DNA of 64,000 nt from the NCBI GenBank assembly GCA_030265395.1, contig JARFYF010000057.1:16836055-16900054 (forward strand), in the 5' to 3' direction. Shown here one piece after another: positions 13,321 through 25,424 of the stretch (position 1 is its first letter; each line of letters opens with the position of its first letter). The DNA is from Rhina ancylostomus. Lineage: Eukaryota. The notes under the pieces are model-generated. The model saw nothing but the letters and a program-made list of their open reading frames with translations, searched no databases and was not told the DNA's origin. The translations under genes and the position numbers were made by a program.

Positions 13321-13911
13321 NNNNNNNNNNNNNNNNNNNNNNNNNNNNNNNNNNNNNNNNNNNNNNNNNNNNNNNNNNNNNNNNNNNNNNNNNNNNNNNN
13401 NNNNNNNNNNNNNNNNNNNNNNNNNNNNNNNNNNNNNNNNNNNNNNNNNNNNNNNNNNNNNNNNNNNNNNNNNNNNNNNNNNNNNNNNNNNNNNNNNNNN
13501 NNNNNNNNNNNNNNNNNNNNNNNNNNNNNNNNNNNNNNNNNNNNNNNNNNNNNNNNNNNNNNNNNNNNNNNNNNNNNNNNNNNNNNNNNNNNNNNNNNNN
13601 NNNNNNNNNNNNNNNNNNNNNNNNNNNNNNNNNNNNNNNNNNNNNNNNNNNNNNNNNNNNNNNNNNNNNNNNNNNNNNNNNNNNNNNNNNNNNNNNNNNN
13701 NNNNNNNNNNNNNNNNNNNNNNNNNNNNNNNNNNNNNNNNNNNNNNNNNNNNNNNNNNNNNNNNNNNNNNNNNNNNNNNNNNNNNNNNNNNNNNNNNNNN
13801 NNNNNNNNNNNNNNNNNNNNNNNNNNNNNNNNNNNNNNNNNNNNNNNNNNNNNNNNNNNNNNNNNNNNNNNNNNNNNNNNNNNNNNNNNNNNNNNNNNNN
13901 NNNNNNNNNNN
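13321..13911. other. Assembly gap (largest of many N runs)
   Basis: Run of N. Confidence 1.
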
Positions 13912-14597
13912 AACTTCAATGTCAAGAAAAGTCATAATCTCAACCTTTGGAACATCTTAAGTAATGCACAAATCCTCCCTCATTCAATGAACTGGAAACA
14001 CAGCTTAAGAGGAAGTGAGTGAATGACGCACATAACTGCTTTCAGCAGTATTTACAGGAAAATATTTTGCTTTTTAAACTAAACTTCAGAAGCAATTAAG
14101 ATCAGGTTAAGATGGCTTAAGCAGAACAGAGGTCTGTGTTTATACATTGCTGATTATGGCAGAGTCATGCTGGTACTCTTCAAAGTGTGAAAATAGTTTT
14201 GTTTTGAAAACAAGTGGGCTTCTATCTGGGCGTTGCTTAGTGGAACTAGCAGTCAGAATGGCGTCTGGTTAGTTACAGATGCCAAACTTGGAGATGAACA
14301 CACATGCCAGAGTGTTGCAGACAGGAAGGACTTACAGAAGCCCCTGTTCAAGTGGAGGGTTCTGACTGCACAGCAATTAAATAGGGATTAAGACTGGTTC
14401 AAACTGAAAGATGTAAATAGACTAATGATATCTCCTTCATACACAGATCAGTGCGTCCATATACAGTTCAAAAGATATGACTGCAAAGGGTATCTCATTC
14501 AAATCAAATCATATCCTCCACATTGATACTTGGATAGATGAGTAGGTCAATCAGCTCACTGAACTATCCATGCTGATCTGTACTTCAATCCCACTTA

Positions 14598-15039
14598 TAA
14601 TAAACTTCCATAAATTCAGCACACTCAGACCTTTCATGGTGATGGACTGGCAGAGTTTCCAGACTATTGTAGATTATTTCAATTAATAATCCAACCCACT
14701 TTTAATTCACCTTTTATTAAGTGTTACACGGTAGCATAATACATTTTCCAGCAAGCCCAATAAGTTTAAAGGGAGCATGAGAACCAAGGCCTCAATGTGC
14801 TAAAGGGAACAAAGGAACCAAGGTTCCAATGTGTTAGATGGAGTGCCGGAACCAGGACCCTGATGGATTAAAGGGAGTGTGGGAACCAGGGCGCCAATTT
14901 GCATGGGAATCGGGGCCCTCGAGTGCTAAGGGGGGTGCAGAAACCAGGGGCATGGTGTGTTGAATGGATCAGTATCCAGTGATCCAAAAGCCAAACCACT
15001 GGGATTTCTAATTGGACAGTTGATTATAGAGTTTTACTG
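14598..15039. mobile_element. Tigger-like MITE with an internal 34-bp minisatellite
   Basis: The right end gattatagagttttactg reverse-complements to cagtaaaactctataatc, and the left end taataaacttccataaatt is a degraded match. Repeat units start at 14767, 14801, 14835 and 14869. Confidence 0.55.
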
Positions 15040-16074
15040 CACCTCCATTTATTCTTTATCACCTGATACTCTTCATTAAAATCTTGTAACTTTTATCAAA
15101 TATGATGTTAGGAAGACAATTCTTGCAAAATCTTCAACAAATGCAAATGAGGATAAGGTGCTAAGCCGAACATCTGCTACATTGAACAAAATTTAATCCC
15201 ACATCAAAACAAATTGGGATTTACAACTTTATCTTGTAAAATGAACCTTATCTGCTCCAGAGGCCCCGTAATTCCACGTAAAACCACAGGAAAAATATCT
15301 AACCTCAGCAGCTGCTTCTAACCCCAGAATTCGAAAACACCCTAGCCACCTCAGTGAGAAGCTTTGGGCAATCAAGTACCTGAACCAAAGCTATAAACAG
15401 TCTGACTAAACATTAGTCGTGGTGAAAATTAGAAAATTAGTGCAGAGACCAATGTCAATGTCAGAGAGTTCAATGTCAGGAGAGGGTTCCCATTCCTAAA
15501 TATTGCCCCATGTTCCTGCAGATCACTGTCAATTGGGTCCAAAGAACTCAGCATAAAAGTGTAAAGACTTTCTTAGTAGAGAATGGAGAAAAAGGTACAT
15601 CATTGCATGAGCTCTTTTTCAGACCAGAGTTAAAACTGAAGCCCCATCCGCCCTTTTGAGTGGCCCTCCATGATTTCAAATATTGGAAAGAGGAATTATC
15701 CTGGCCAATATTTCATCCATAATCAAAAGTACTGAAAATAAACAGATCATCCAGTCGTTAACATGTTGTTGTTGGTGGGACCTTGCTGTTTGCAAATTGC
15801 TTGCCACATTTCCAACAGTGCTAAATTTTAAAAGGGCTGAACAGTATATTGGAATGATAGAGCTATACTCATGGACAAATGTCCTGCATGGACTTTAAGC
15901 ATAGGGAAAGAATGACCACTTGGGCAATAAGTTGGATAGTATCCTGACAGAAATGCCACTCAGGGTGGAGGGGAAAATAATTAATGCAAAATGGGAGCCT
16001 TATTAAAAAAAGAACAAAAATGTAATTCACAAACTCAAAATTTTCTCTATATGCATATTTCCCTTAGCAGTTTG

Positions 16075-16262
16075 TAATTGGTAGAAGGATTAGGGAGACA
16101 AGGAGAACTTTGTTTACCCAGAGCACAGTTGCAATCTGAAATGAAATTACGCTGAAAGGGCGCAAAAGGCAGAAAATAATTTTTTTCTTTTCCTTTAACT
16201 CATGGAGCAGACTCGATGGCCCAAATGGCCTACTTCTGCTCCCTTGTCTTGTGATCTTGTGA
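16075..16262 (+). mobile_element. CR1 LINE 3' end
   Basis: gactcgatggcccaaatggcctacttctgctcc followed by a short repeated tail (tcttgtgatcttgtgat). Confidence 0.7.
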
Positions 16263-18119
16263 TACTGGGCATATAGCTGAAATTCAGTGATCTGCAACAC
16301 TGTGGAATAAGAACTGGAAAGTCTATTTAGGTTGAATAGCATTTTCACAGCTGGCACACACATGATGGGCTGAGTAGTCTCTTTCTATGCTCTTTATTTA
16401 TATTATTCTGTATNNNNNNNNNNACAAGAAGAAACCACTCCATGTTCACTCTCGTACTCTCATGTTTCAGTCTCTGCTCTCATTTTCAAACCAGTGTGCA
16501 TCCAGTCCCTGTTGTGCTGTTTACACTCTCCAGAACACTCCAGTGATAACTTCTTTACACTTGCAATTAATGAACTTGGCTTTGGATGAATGGCATCTTC
16601 TAGTCCACTTGCCATATCACTACCCCATTACATGCACTAGCAGTTGTAGGCAGTGAATTCATGTCTGTAACTAAATATTTTGTATCAAGTTAAAAACAAA
16701 TCAAAATCCAAATACATTCAAGTTTCAGTTTGTTCATTCAGCCTAACAACAATCTGTTGCTGTGCAATTAGTTCAACCCAGTTACTAAGAAACAGAACCA
16801 AAAGGCCTTTATTCATGCAGATACTTGAGCTAATGGAGATACTTACTATCCAACTAATAAACAAACATTCTAAAATACATTTATATGTAGTTATTTGTGA
16901 TTGCAAGGTCGGCAGCAGCTGGCTACAAGCAAGTTTCTATACTGCAAACATGGAAACCAGACTACTCCTCACTTGGATCTGATAGTCATCATTCTGTTCT
17001 GTTGTTAACTAGATACATCTTTCTCCTCTTTCATTCTCTGCCTTGGGGAAGAGTATAAATTCCTTGCAGAGTTATGATGTCACAAGCATAAAAAAAGTCA
17101 CTATTCTTCACCCTAGAACCAGGAAGCAAGCAGGTTATTGAACTGCATATAGCATTATCATTGAATCTAATCCTGCCCTTTATCTGTGAAAGATAATAGG
17201 TAGTAGTTAAGATGAGAATTCTTTTCTAACTTGGAGCCACTGACAGCCAATTGCAAAGCACAGATGAAATCAGACTGACTCAAGATTGAACCCTCTGAGT
17301 TTCACGGTCACCATGAGCAGTCAAACCACTTCACATCAAGTTTGACTACACTAAGTCCCTTTTATCTACTGACTTACTATCCACAGATCTGCATACTTGC
17401 AAGGTTGGCCATGTGTTCATGGGAATATTGTTAAATATAGTATGTTCCTCCAGTGCCCTCTCCTGTGGTGTCTAGTGAATCCTATTTGCCATGTGATGGA
17501 AGTCTCGTGATGGCAAATGGCAAAATATCAATATCAATGTCAGTGTGGATCAGGTTTGGAGTCGGGAACACTGGAGTTCAGGAACATGGGTGGATGTGTG
17601 GCTAGAGTCCTTCTATATTTCAGCTCGTTTTGACCAGCTAAAATTTACAGTTGTTTTCTTCATGGAAGGGTTGCCCATTGTACATCATTGCAGCCATAGT
17701 AGTACTTGTGGGAAGTCTGTGCCCTCTCCCTTACAAATAACAATGATTTAGTGTATTTAAACAATTTTAACATGAGCACAAACAAATTGATTACCAATGT
17801 CATTTTATTCTGTTAAGTTAATTTAAAATACAATCAAAGCCAACATGGACAAACTACCTTGGAAAAACAAATCAAGAAGGGACTAACCACAACTGTACTT
17901 TTAATAAACCAGTAAATATTCAATGGACTAAATGACCCCTTTCTGTGCTCCTGTGATTGCAGAGGGAAACTAACTAGATCATGCAAGAGAAAAAAAATAC
18001 ATACTTACTAGAAATCTGAGGGGTATCAGATATCAATTACATTGAACAAAGAAATTAATCAAGAATTAGCCATATAGTCAAAGGTGATTCATTCACCATG
18101 AACTACAGAGGTTAACTGT

Positions 18120-18960
18120 CCTGCTTCAAGAGGAAAAGTTTTAACCCATGGGATAAAAGGGCAATGGCAGCATGAATACAAAACTGGTAAAGGGATTTAA
18201 AAGACTTGTGGTGAATGACTGTTCTTCCAGATTGGAATGAGGCATACAGTAATACTCCTCAAGATTCCTTACTAGCATTACTCTGGTTTCCCAAATATGT
18301 TAATGACTTGGGACAATTTTGAAGTTTAAAACAAAATGAGCAAAATGGTATTAAAGTTCAAGAAGACACTAACAGACTGGTGAAATGGGTGGACATATGG
18401 CAATAGAAAAATCGGCACTGTGCATTTTGGCAGGAAGAATGGGCAGACAATACAATTTTTAAGGGGGTGCAGAAGGAAAGTGACATAGGGGATTTGAAGG
18501 GGAAGGGAAAGGGAAGTGAATAAATCAAAGGATCTTGAGCTTTATAAATAGAGATACAGGATACAAATACAAGGAAGCAACTTTAAACATATGAAATATT
18601 AGTTCAGTCTTAGGTGAAGTATTATGACCATTTCTGGGAAAACAAGAGAATCTGGAGTTGTCGTCTCTATATCTAACAGAGATGTTTCAAATCATGAAGG
18701 ATTCAGACAGTATAAACAAAGGGAAAACACTTTAAATGATGTAAGGGCTAAAAAAAGCAGCACAAATTTGTTTATTGACAAAAGAACCATCGGTGACATG
18801 AGGAAAATCAGTGGAGTTAGATTCTGAATTCATTGCTGGAAGAAGATGATGGAAGATGATGATGGAAAAAGGTCAGTAGCAGCTTTAGAAAAATAACTGG
18901 AATTTCTCTTTGAAGCTGTCCAAACAATTGGGGCGATGAACTTCTTCTAGACTTCAATGT
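18120..18960 (+). mobile_element. Decayed CR1 RT region and tail
   Basis: catgggataaaaggg, agactggtgaaatgggtggacatatggcaa and tgcattttggcaggaagaat match CR1 RT motifs (HGIKG, RLxxWAxxWQ, HFGRKN). Confidence 0.65.
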
Positions 18961-20504
18961 TTTGTCAATGGCACAAGCAAAGCGACAGTAGCATTCAGCT
19001 TTGGGAATACTTGGTAAGTTAGGTAGGGTGTTGATAGTCTTCACTCCATACTAATTTTAAAAGTTCTCATGCCAATATAAGTTCAGTTTGAACGTAGCTC
19101 CAAAGTGAGTGTAACAGAGAGCTGTATCTATACTCAGGGGTCCCATAAGCAGTGCCAGCATGGGAAGATAAAGTGAGCTAATTTTAAATTGCAATAAAAG
19201 TAGGAAACATTGGGAATAAACATAATATCTAACAGAAAGTTTTGTGTTTCAAATACAGACATGCTATACAAAGTCAAAATTTCAGTATTAACATTTTAAA
19301 CTAATAATTCTTGTAAATGTCAAACCTGGCATTCAACAGCACCATAACTAGAGCCAGAAATCTTACTTCATCACATAATATAGTCTGACACTTCAGCGCA
19401 ACATGTGTGAAAGGATTGCAATGTCAGGGAGATGTCCAGTGCCATGATGTTAAACTGTTGGTCGGGACTAGTATGACTTGGCTAGGAGTATCATGGTAAT
19501 TACTGTATTACTTAGCCATTCAGGAAACAGAGGGGAACATTAATATTTGGGGCAAGTCATCTTATGAAATCTTAAAAGGTAATTTCAGAAAGTTCAACAA
19601 TTTAAGGCACAGGTAAATCAAAAAGGCAAGGAAAGCAACGTGAGTAGTAAGCACCTACCAACATACATACACAGTGATAAACTGAAGATGAGTGGTGAGA
19701 GAACAATTATTTTCAGAAAAAGAGTCCTAATGCTATCCACCAACTTATCTCCCATTCATACATCTGGATAGCATTAGAATCCCCAACTCTGGAAATTCCC
19801 AAATTTCTAATTGTCATTCCATATATGAGTATTTGGTCGTGATCATACTTGCAGTTTGTGGGATCTTACTATGTGCAAATTGGTTGTCATATTTCCCGCT
19901 AAGCAACAGTGACGATGCTTTGAAAGTACTTCACTAGCTTTGGGGCATGAAGGTTGAGAAAGGCACTAAGGTGCTAAATAAACACGTCCTTTTTTTTTGC
20001 CAGTCCAGAAGAGACTTGCATTCCACAGAACAATGAACCACAAATAGCAAAAACTGAATCCTTTCAGTGACTTCTGAGCAATTGAATATTTGTTTCCTCC
20101 TGTCAAGAGCTATTTTTTCTTCTTCACATCAATTATTCACGTGCTGCAGAGGTTAGCAACACGTGTGCCTATATACGCAAGCAAAGTAAAAAAAACTCCT
20201 GCACTTTTTATAAACAAATTCACAGCGTAAACAAAATCATAAATCACATTTTGTCCCAGTGCTGTATACTTCCCACACATACACCCAGATATCAATTTTT
20301 TTTTTAAAAAAGACTGCATGCAAACAAAGCTTCTTAGGTCATTTGGAGATCCTCTCATGTCATTGTAAATTGAGTCTTAAACACTTATCAGCTAATTCTT
20401 GCCAATTTCCTGTCGATTTGCAGCAGTTCCAGGCATCCTTCAGGACCCTCCCCAAAATGGCCATTCAAATCCGAGTCCCATTGTCCAACATCCTACTGTC
20501 TGGG

Positions 20505-20910
20505 CAAGGGCAATACAGTAGTGCAGCTAGTAGAGCTTCAGCCTCATTGCTCCAGGGACCCAGATTCAATCCTGATCTCCAGGGACCCAGATTCAATCCT
20601 GATCTCCAATGTTGTCCATGTGAAGTTTGAACATCTTTCTGTGACCTAAGGAAACCATGTGGGTTTCCTTAGGGTGCTCTGGCTTCCTCCCACCTCCCAA
20701 AGACATGCATTTTGATAGGTTAATTAGTGACTGTATATTGCCCCAAGTGACTAGATAAGTGGTAGTATGACGTGGGGGGAGGGAGTGAGAGAGAGAGTCG
20801 AGTCGAGGGAATGTGGGAAGAATATAACGTCATTAGTATAGGGTTGATACAAATGGGTGCTTGGTGATTGGCACAGACTTGGTAAACCAAAGAGTACGTT
20901 TCCATTCTCT
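20505..20910 (+). mobile_element. tRNA-derived V-SINE (HE1-like) with a 27-bp tandem duplication of the B-box segment
   Basis: tRNA-like head, then ctccagggacccagattcaatcctgat x2 (20550-20603), then the V-domain gtgggtttcc...gggtgctctggcttcctcccac. Confidence 0.8.
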
Positions 20911-22842
20911 ATCAATGACTCTATTCTGCTTGCTCACTTCTAAGCAGGAGTCAATAATCAAGGGAGGAACCTTTGATGACCTTCACCCTCCCTAGACTAG
21001 GCACCCCATCCAATCCAGCTAAATTGAGACAACTAAAACGTCAAGTCCCTGGTCTGCAAGTTCAACAACAGTGTCTTCATCAAATGCTTCAAAATGTTCT
21101 CACACTTAAAGTCAACACCAAAAGCAGCGATATGACAGCCATTTTAATGTAATCCATTCCACTGCTTGTGTGATTGACAGAAACAAAAATATGCATATTC
21201 TCAACATTATTTCTCCAANNNNNNNNNNACTATAAAATTCTTGCATGTCTACATACCAGAGCCTATCAGCACATCCACATGCCAAAATAAGGGATTCATT
21301 CTCTTGACCTACCACAAACTTTTTTAAATTAAAAATACTGCATATCACTGTGTATATGTAAAACAATTCTAAGGAAGGATGAAGAAACTCTTTTGGATAG
21401 AATTATTCCATTGGGGGTCATTAAATAACAAAAGGCTCAAATCAAGCAAGAATTGGAAGCCAGGAAGGCACATAAGAATAGGAAAAGAAAATCCCACAGC
21501 CACACTTCTCCAAATCACAATGTCATGTGAAATTATGCAATCTAACAGTTGCTTAAATAGGGAACTAGATTTATCAAAAGTACTTCATAATACTAAAAAA
21601 GAAAGTGAGTCATCTCATTGATATATTATTTCTCCAAAATTGGTTTCCTAAAACAAAAACAGGATCAGTCAATACAAGATGGTCACCAATAAAACTTTCC
21701 AATGCATTAAATAGTATATGGAACTCATTATCACAAGCAGTAATTGAGGTGCATTTCTGGATACCCCAAGGGAACATCAGATAAGCACACATGGAAGAAA
21801 GAAATAGGAGAACATATTTTGCAAACACTTTGTAAAAAACCATTTACAAACATTCCCTCCTCTGCATTTCAGATACAGAAGCAATCTTTCTTTAAATCTG
21901 TGATTGTTCTTTGTATGTGAATAAGACTAATAAATTATTTAATTTCCTATTATCAACAGATTCACTCAGAGCATTAAGAATCCATCAAGTCACACAGGAC
22001 TGAAGTCACAAGTAGGTAGAAACAAATTAAATTTTATTACAATCTGACAGCCCACAAATATAGATTCATTCAATTCAGTATTCATAATTCGCCATGCTGA
22101 TATCTAAGTTATTGATTCAATGCCTGTCAACCACAGGTCGTGCTGCACATCTGTTCGGGAATCCTCTGAACAAAAGCCCTGAGTAAGGCAATGGAGAGAA
22201 GTTTGCTTTAGTTGGATGATGCAGAAGATGATGGGGAAGGGTGGGCTGCTGAAAGAAAATAAATGTTTGGCTGAAAAAGAACTGAAAAAAATGTTTCCGG
22301 GTTGCTCCAGACCATCCAATTTAAATCACAGCTGCACCTGCAACTGTTCAGAATTCAGATTATTTTATTTCATAATGACTAAGAGTATGTAGCAATATAG
22401 AGAATTTAGAGAAAAAGAATCAGCTAGTCAATAACTTCCTTTAAAATTTTAACATTACAAATGTCAAATAATTTAGCCATTGTCCACCCAATCCACTGCT
22501 GCTGCCCTCACATTCCCTGCTTCCCCACTTCCCCACCACCACCTCAAACCTTTGAATTCTCAATGGGATCAAGTTCCTCAAATGAATTCAGACAGATGAC
22601 TTCTGTATTTATTTATACACACCATGAGGATTGTGGAGCGAGAGAAGGGCTAATGGAACTTAAAAAAAGTACCCAGTAATGTTTTTCCCCACCCATGTAC
22701 CCCAATGAGATCACAACTAACCTGTGACCTAACTCCATATATTCTATATCCCTTGGGTTCAAGTTCNNNNNNNNNNNNATAGGTATATATACACAGGGTA
22801 TAAATGCCATGAAAATTAGCTTTCTGCAGCAGCAGCACCGTA

Positions 22843-23483
22843 CAGGAAGTCCCCGGATTACAAACAAGTTCCGTTTTTGAGTCTGTTCATAAATCGAATT
22901 TGTATGCAAGTTGGAACAGTTCACATCTAGTGGCAATTAGTCAAACGTTTGTCTTAGTATATATTTTACCTAAAACATCATAATCTGTCACTCGCTACCT
23001 GGTGGGAATGGCAGCGGTCGATCTCCTAGTTGTTAACTCAGGTCCCGGATTGGTGTTAATTGGTTCCGTTTATTTCCCCAATTCTTTCCTCAGCATCACT
23101 TCTATTTGTTGTCTCACTGGATTTCTGGTTAAGGCAAGCATCGCAATCTCTGTATGGCTGATAGTCGTTTTCAGCTTTGATCGATTTGTGGCCATTTCTT
23201 GTAAGAAACTGAAAACAAAATATTGCACCAAGAGAATAACGGCTGAGGTTAAAGGGACAGTAAGTGTGCTGGGCTGTTCAGAGAGTGTCTCCTGGCACTT
23301 TAAATATGAACCCGGATACATAATTGACAATATTCCCTGGCTTTGTGCTGTTCAACGAAGTTTCTAAATGTCCTTTGCATGGATTGCATTTAACCTGTTT
23401 CACCTTGTTTTAACCCTGTGTACTGTTCTTTCTGATTTTGATGTTCAATGTTCTGACGATCAGACGTATATTAGCGGCTAGTA
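22843..23483 (+). mobile_element. Tigger-like non-autonomous transposon carrying a GPCR fragment, copy 1 (right part lost in a gap)
   Basis: TA|CAGGAAGTCCCCGGATTACAAAC TIR and a ~140-bp arm, followed by GPCR sequence up to the N gap at 23484. Confidence 0.8.
22984..23483 (+). pseudogene. GPR139/GPR142-like class A GPCR fragment (TM2-TM5)
   Basis: SVTRYLVGMAAVDLLVV...SVWLIVVFSFDRFVAISCKKLKTKYCT...IIDNIPWLC...F*, then after a frameshift LMFNVLTIRRILAAS. It has the DRF motif but no N-terminus or TM1. Confidence 0.85.
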
Positions 23484-23583
23484 NNNNNNNNNNNNNNNNN
23501 NNNNNNNNNNNNNNNNNNNNNNNNNNNNNNNNNNNNNNNNNNNNNNNNNNNNNNNNNNNNNNNNNNNNNNNNNNNNNNNNNNN

Positions 23584-23898
23584 TCTCACTCCACTGCCGG
23601 TTCCGAAGCTGCCCACTGGTTGTGGCAGTCTTTTTAAACTGTTCGCATGCTACCGACTGACGTCACGCGCCTGCACACTGACTCCCCGCTTTACACTGAC
23701 TCCCTGCTATCTCCGAAACCGTTAGAAGAGAAAAAAAATCACATCTCCTCAACTCCTCGGCTGCTTCCGTGCACTGGCTTCTCGCTCACGATCGAAACAC
23801 CAATGACTTCCCTGTTCTTTTTAAACTGTGTGTGCACTAACGACTGACATCACGCACCTGCACACTGACTCTCCGCTATCTCCGAAACTATTAGAAGA
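23584..23898 (-). repeat. CpG-rich tandem monomers (23630-23730 and 23817-23898), probable LINE 5' UTR/promoter
   Basis: ctttttaaactg...gactgacRtcacgcRcctgcacactgactc...ctatctccgaaac..ttagaaga occurs twice, 187 bp apart. TGACGTCA lies at 23658-23665. Confidence 0.55.
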
Positions 23899-24015
23899 AG
23901 AGACCTTGAAGAATCTATGTACTTGGACCCCAAGATCCCCCTGTTCCTCCACACTATAAGAATTCTACCATCAACCTTGTACTCTACCTTTATGTTCATT
24001 CTTCAAAGTGTATTA

Positions 24016-25419
24016 CAGGAAGTCCCTGGATTACAAACATGTTCCGTTGTTGAGTCTGTACGCAAATCAAATTTGTATGCAAGTCCAAACAGTTACGTAC
24101 AGTTCACAGCTAGCATCAATTAGTCAAATGTTTGTCTTTGTATATAGTATATACTTTACCTAAAATATCATAAGCTGTCACTGGCTACCTGGTGGGAATG
24201 GCAGCGGCTGATCTCCTGGTCATGATCTCATGTCCCAGATTGTGTTAATTGGTTCCGTTTATTTCCCTGATTCTTTTCCTCAGCATAACTCCTATTTGTT
24301 GTCTCATTGGATTTCTGATCAAGGCAAGCATCACAGTCTCTGTATGGCTGACAGTCATTTTCAGCTTTGATTGATTTGTGGCCATTTCTTGTGAGAAACT
24401 GAAAACAAAATATTGCACCAAGAGAACGATGGCTGCAGTTATAGGGACAGAGAGTGTCCCCTGGCACTTTAAATATGAACCCAGATACAGAATTGACAAT
24501 ATTCCTTGGCTTTGTGATGTTCGATGAAGTTTCTAAACATCCTTCACATGGATCGCATTCAACCTGTTTCACCTTGTTTTAACTCCTGTATGCCATTCTT
24601 TCCGATTTTGATGTTCAATGTTCTGAAGGTCAGATGTACATTAGTGGCTAGTAGAGTCCGCACAGGGCAGCAATGGACCCAGAGATTAAAAACCAAAGGA
24701 AATCCATCATTTTACTCTTCAGCATATCCAGTAGTTTCATACTGTTGTGGGTGATCTGGGTTGAGTATAACATAGTCACTGAATTATAAAATAAGAGGGA
24801 AATATTTGTCCAAAAAGGGGGCAAGATGTCGTTAGACGGAAGGTCGTAGATTATGTGGATCTCCCTGTTAAGAATGAAGGAAACAGTGGAACGGATAGAT
24901 GAATAGAGACCGTAACTGAGGAGAGGTGTTCCCTCTGGAAAAGACTAGTGCCAGCAAAATTCATCATGACTTCATGCTTGCAGTTTGTTGTGATTCTGTG
25001 ATTGACGATAATGTTGAACATTTGGCTTGGTGAAACAATGAGACCAGAAGGTAATGTTAAATGAGCGTAAAGGAGAACAATGTTTTTTGTGGGTCCGATG
25101 TCATTTGTGGGGAAAGGTCAACAGCGTAATACACCAGGGGTGCGAGGGGAGGGGGATGTGGAGAAGTTTTTACGTGTCCTGAAAGTGACGTGGAATTATT
25201 TCACATAGAATACGAAGCTATGAAATACATAGTTCGTCCTCGGGCCGACGAAACGCTTAAAACGCGCAGTGTTTTGAGTGTCGCACAAAGTAGTCCACTC
25301 ATTCGTTGTTACGAACTATTATGTGTAACTTGATTTTTTTTTACAATAATACATTATGGAGGTCAGTTCATAAGTATGGACATTTGTACGTTGAGCGTTC
25401 ATAACCTGGGGACTTCCTG
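24016..25419 (+). mobile_element. Tigger-like non-autonomous transposon carrying a GPCR fragment, copy 2 (complete, 1404 bp)
   Basis: Left end TA|CAGGAAGTCCCTGGATTACAAAC and right end GTTCATAACCTGGGGACTTCCTG|TA. The imperfect TIRs are ~23 bp, the target duplication is TA, and there is no transposase ORF. Confidence 0.88.
24174..24778 (+). pseudogene. GPR139/GPR142-like class A GPCR fragment (TM2-TM6)
   Basis: Paralogous to 22984-23483 with extra lesions (DRF>D*F, ~21-nt deletion). It extends to DPEIKNQRKSIILLFSISSSFILLWVIWV (ICL3-TM6). Confidence 0.85.
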
Positions 25420-25424
25420 TACAT

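Noticed and set aside
13254-14022. Long ORFs of 213-252 aa, and similar ORFs at 23410-23725, 25558-25803, 35913-36324 and 39200-39616
   Set aside because: They are open only because they run through N gaps.
14767-14960. CRISPR-like array
   Set aside because: These are head-to-tail degenerate units without unique spacers, in a vertebrate intron with no cas genes.
20505-20610. tRNA gene (also ~42665-42750)
   Set aside because: These are SINE heads with A/B-box remnants and no complete cloverleaf.
23002-23367. Functional nested GPCR gene
   Set aside because: It has no N-terminus or TM1, has a stop before TM5 and a frameshift, and lies inside transposon ends.
22843-24660. The two GPCR/Tigger copies as an allelic assembly duplicate
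   Set aside because: They differ by many substitutions and indels, and their left flanks are unrelated right up to the TA.
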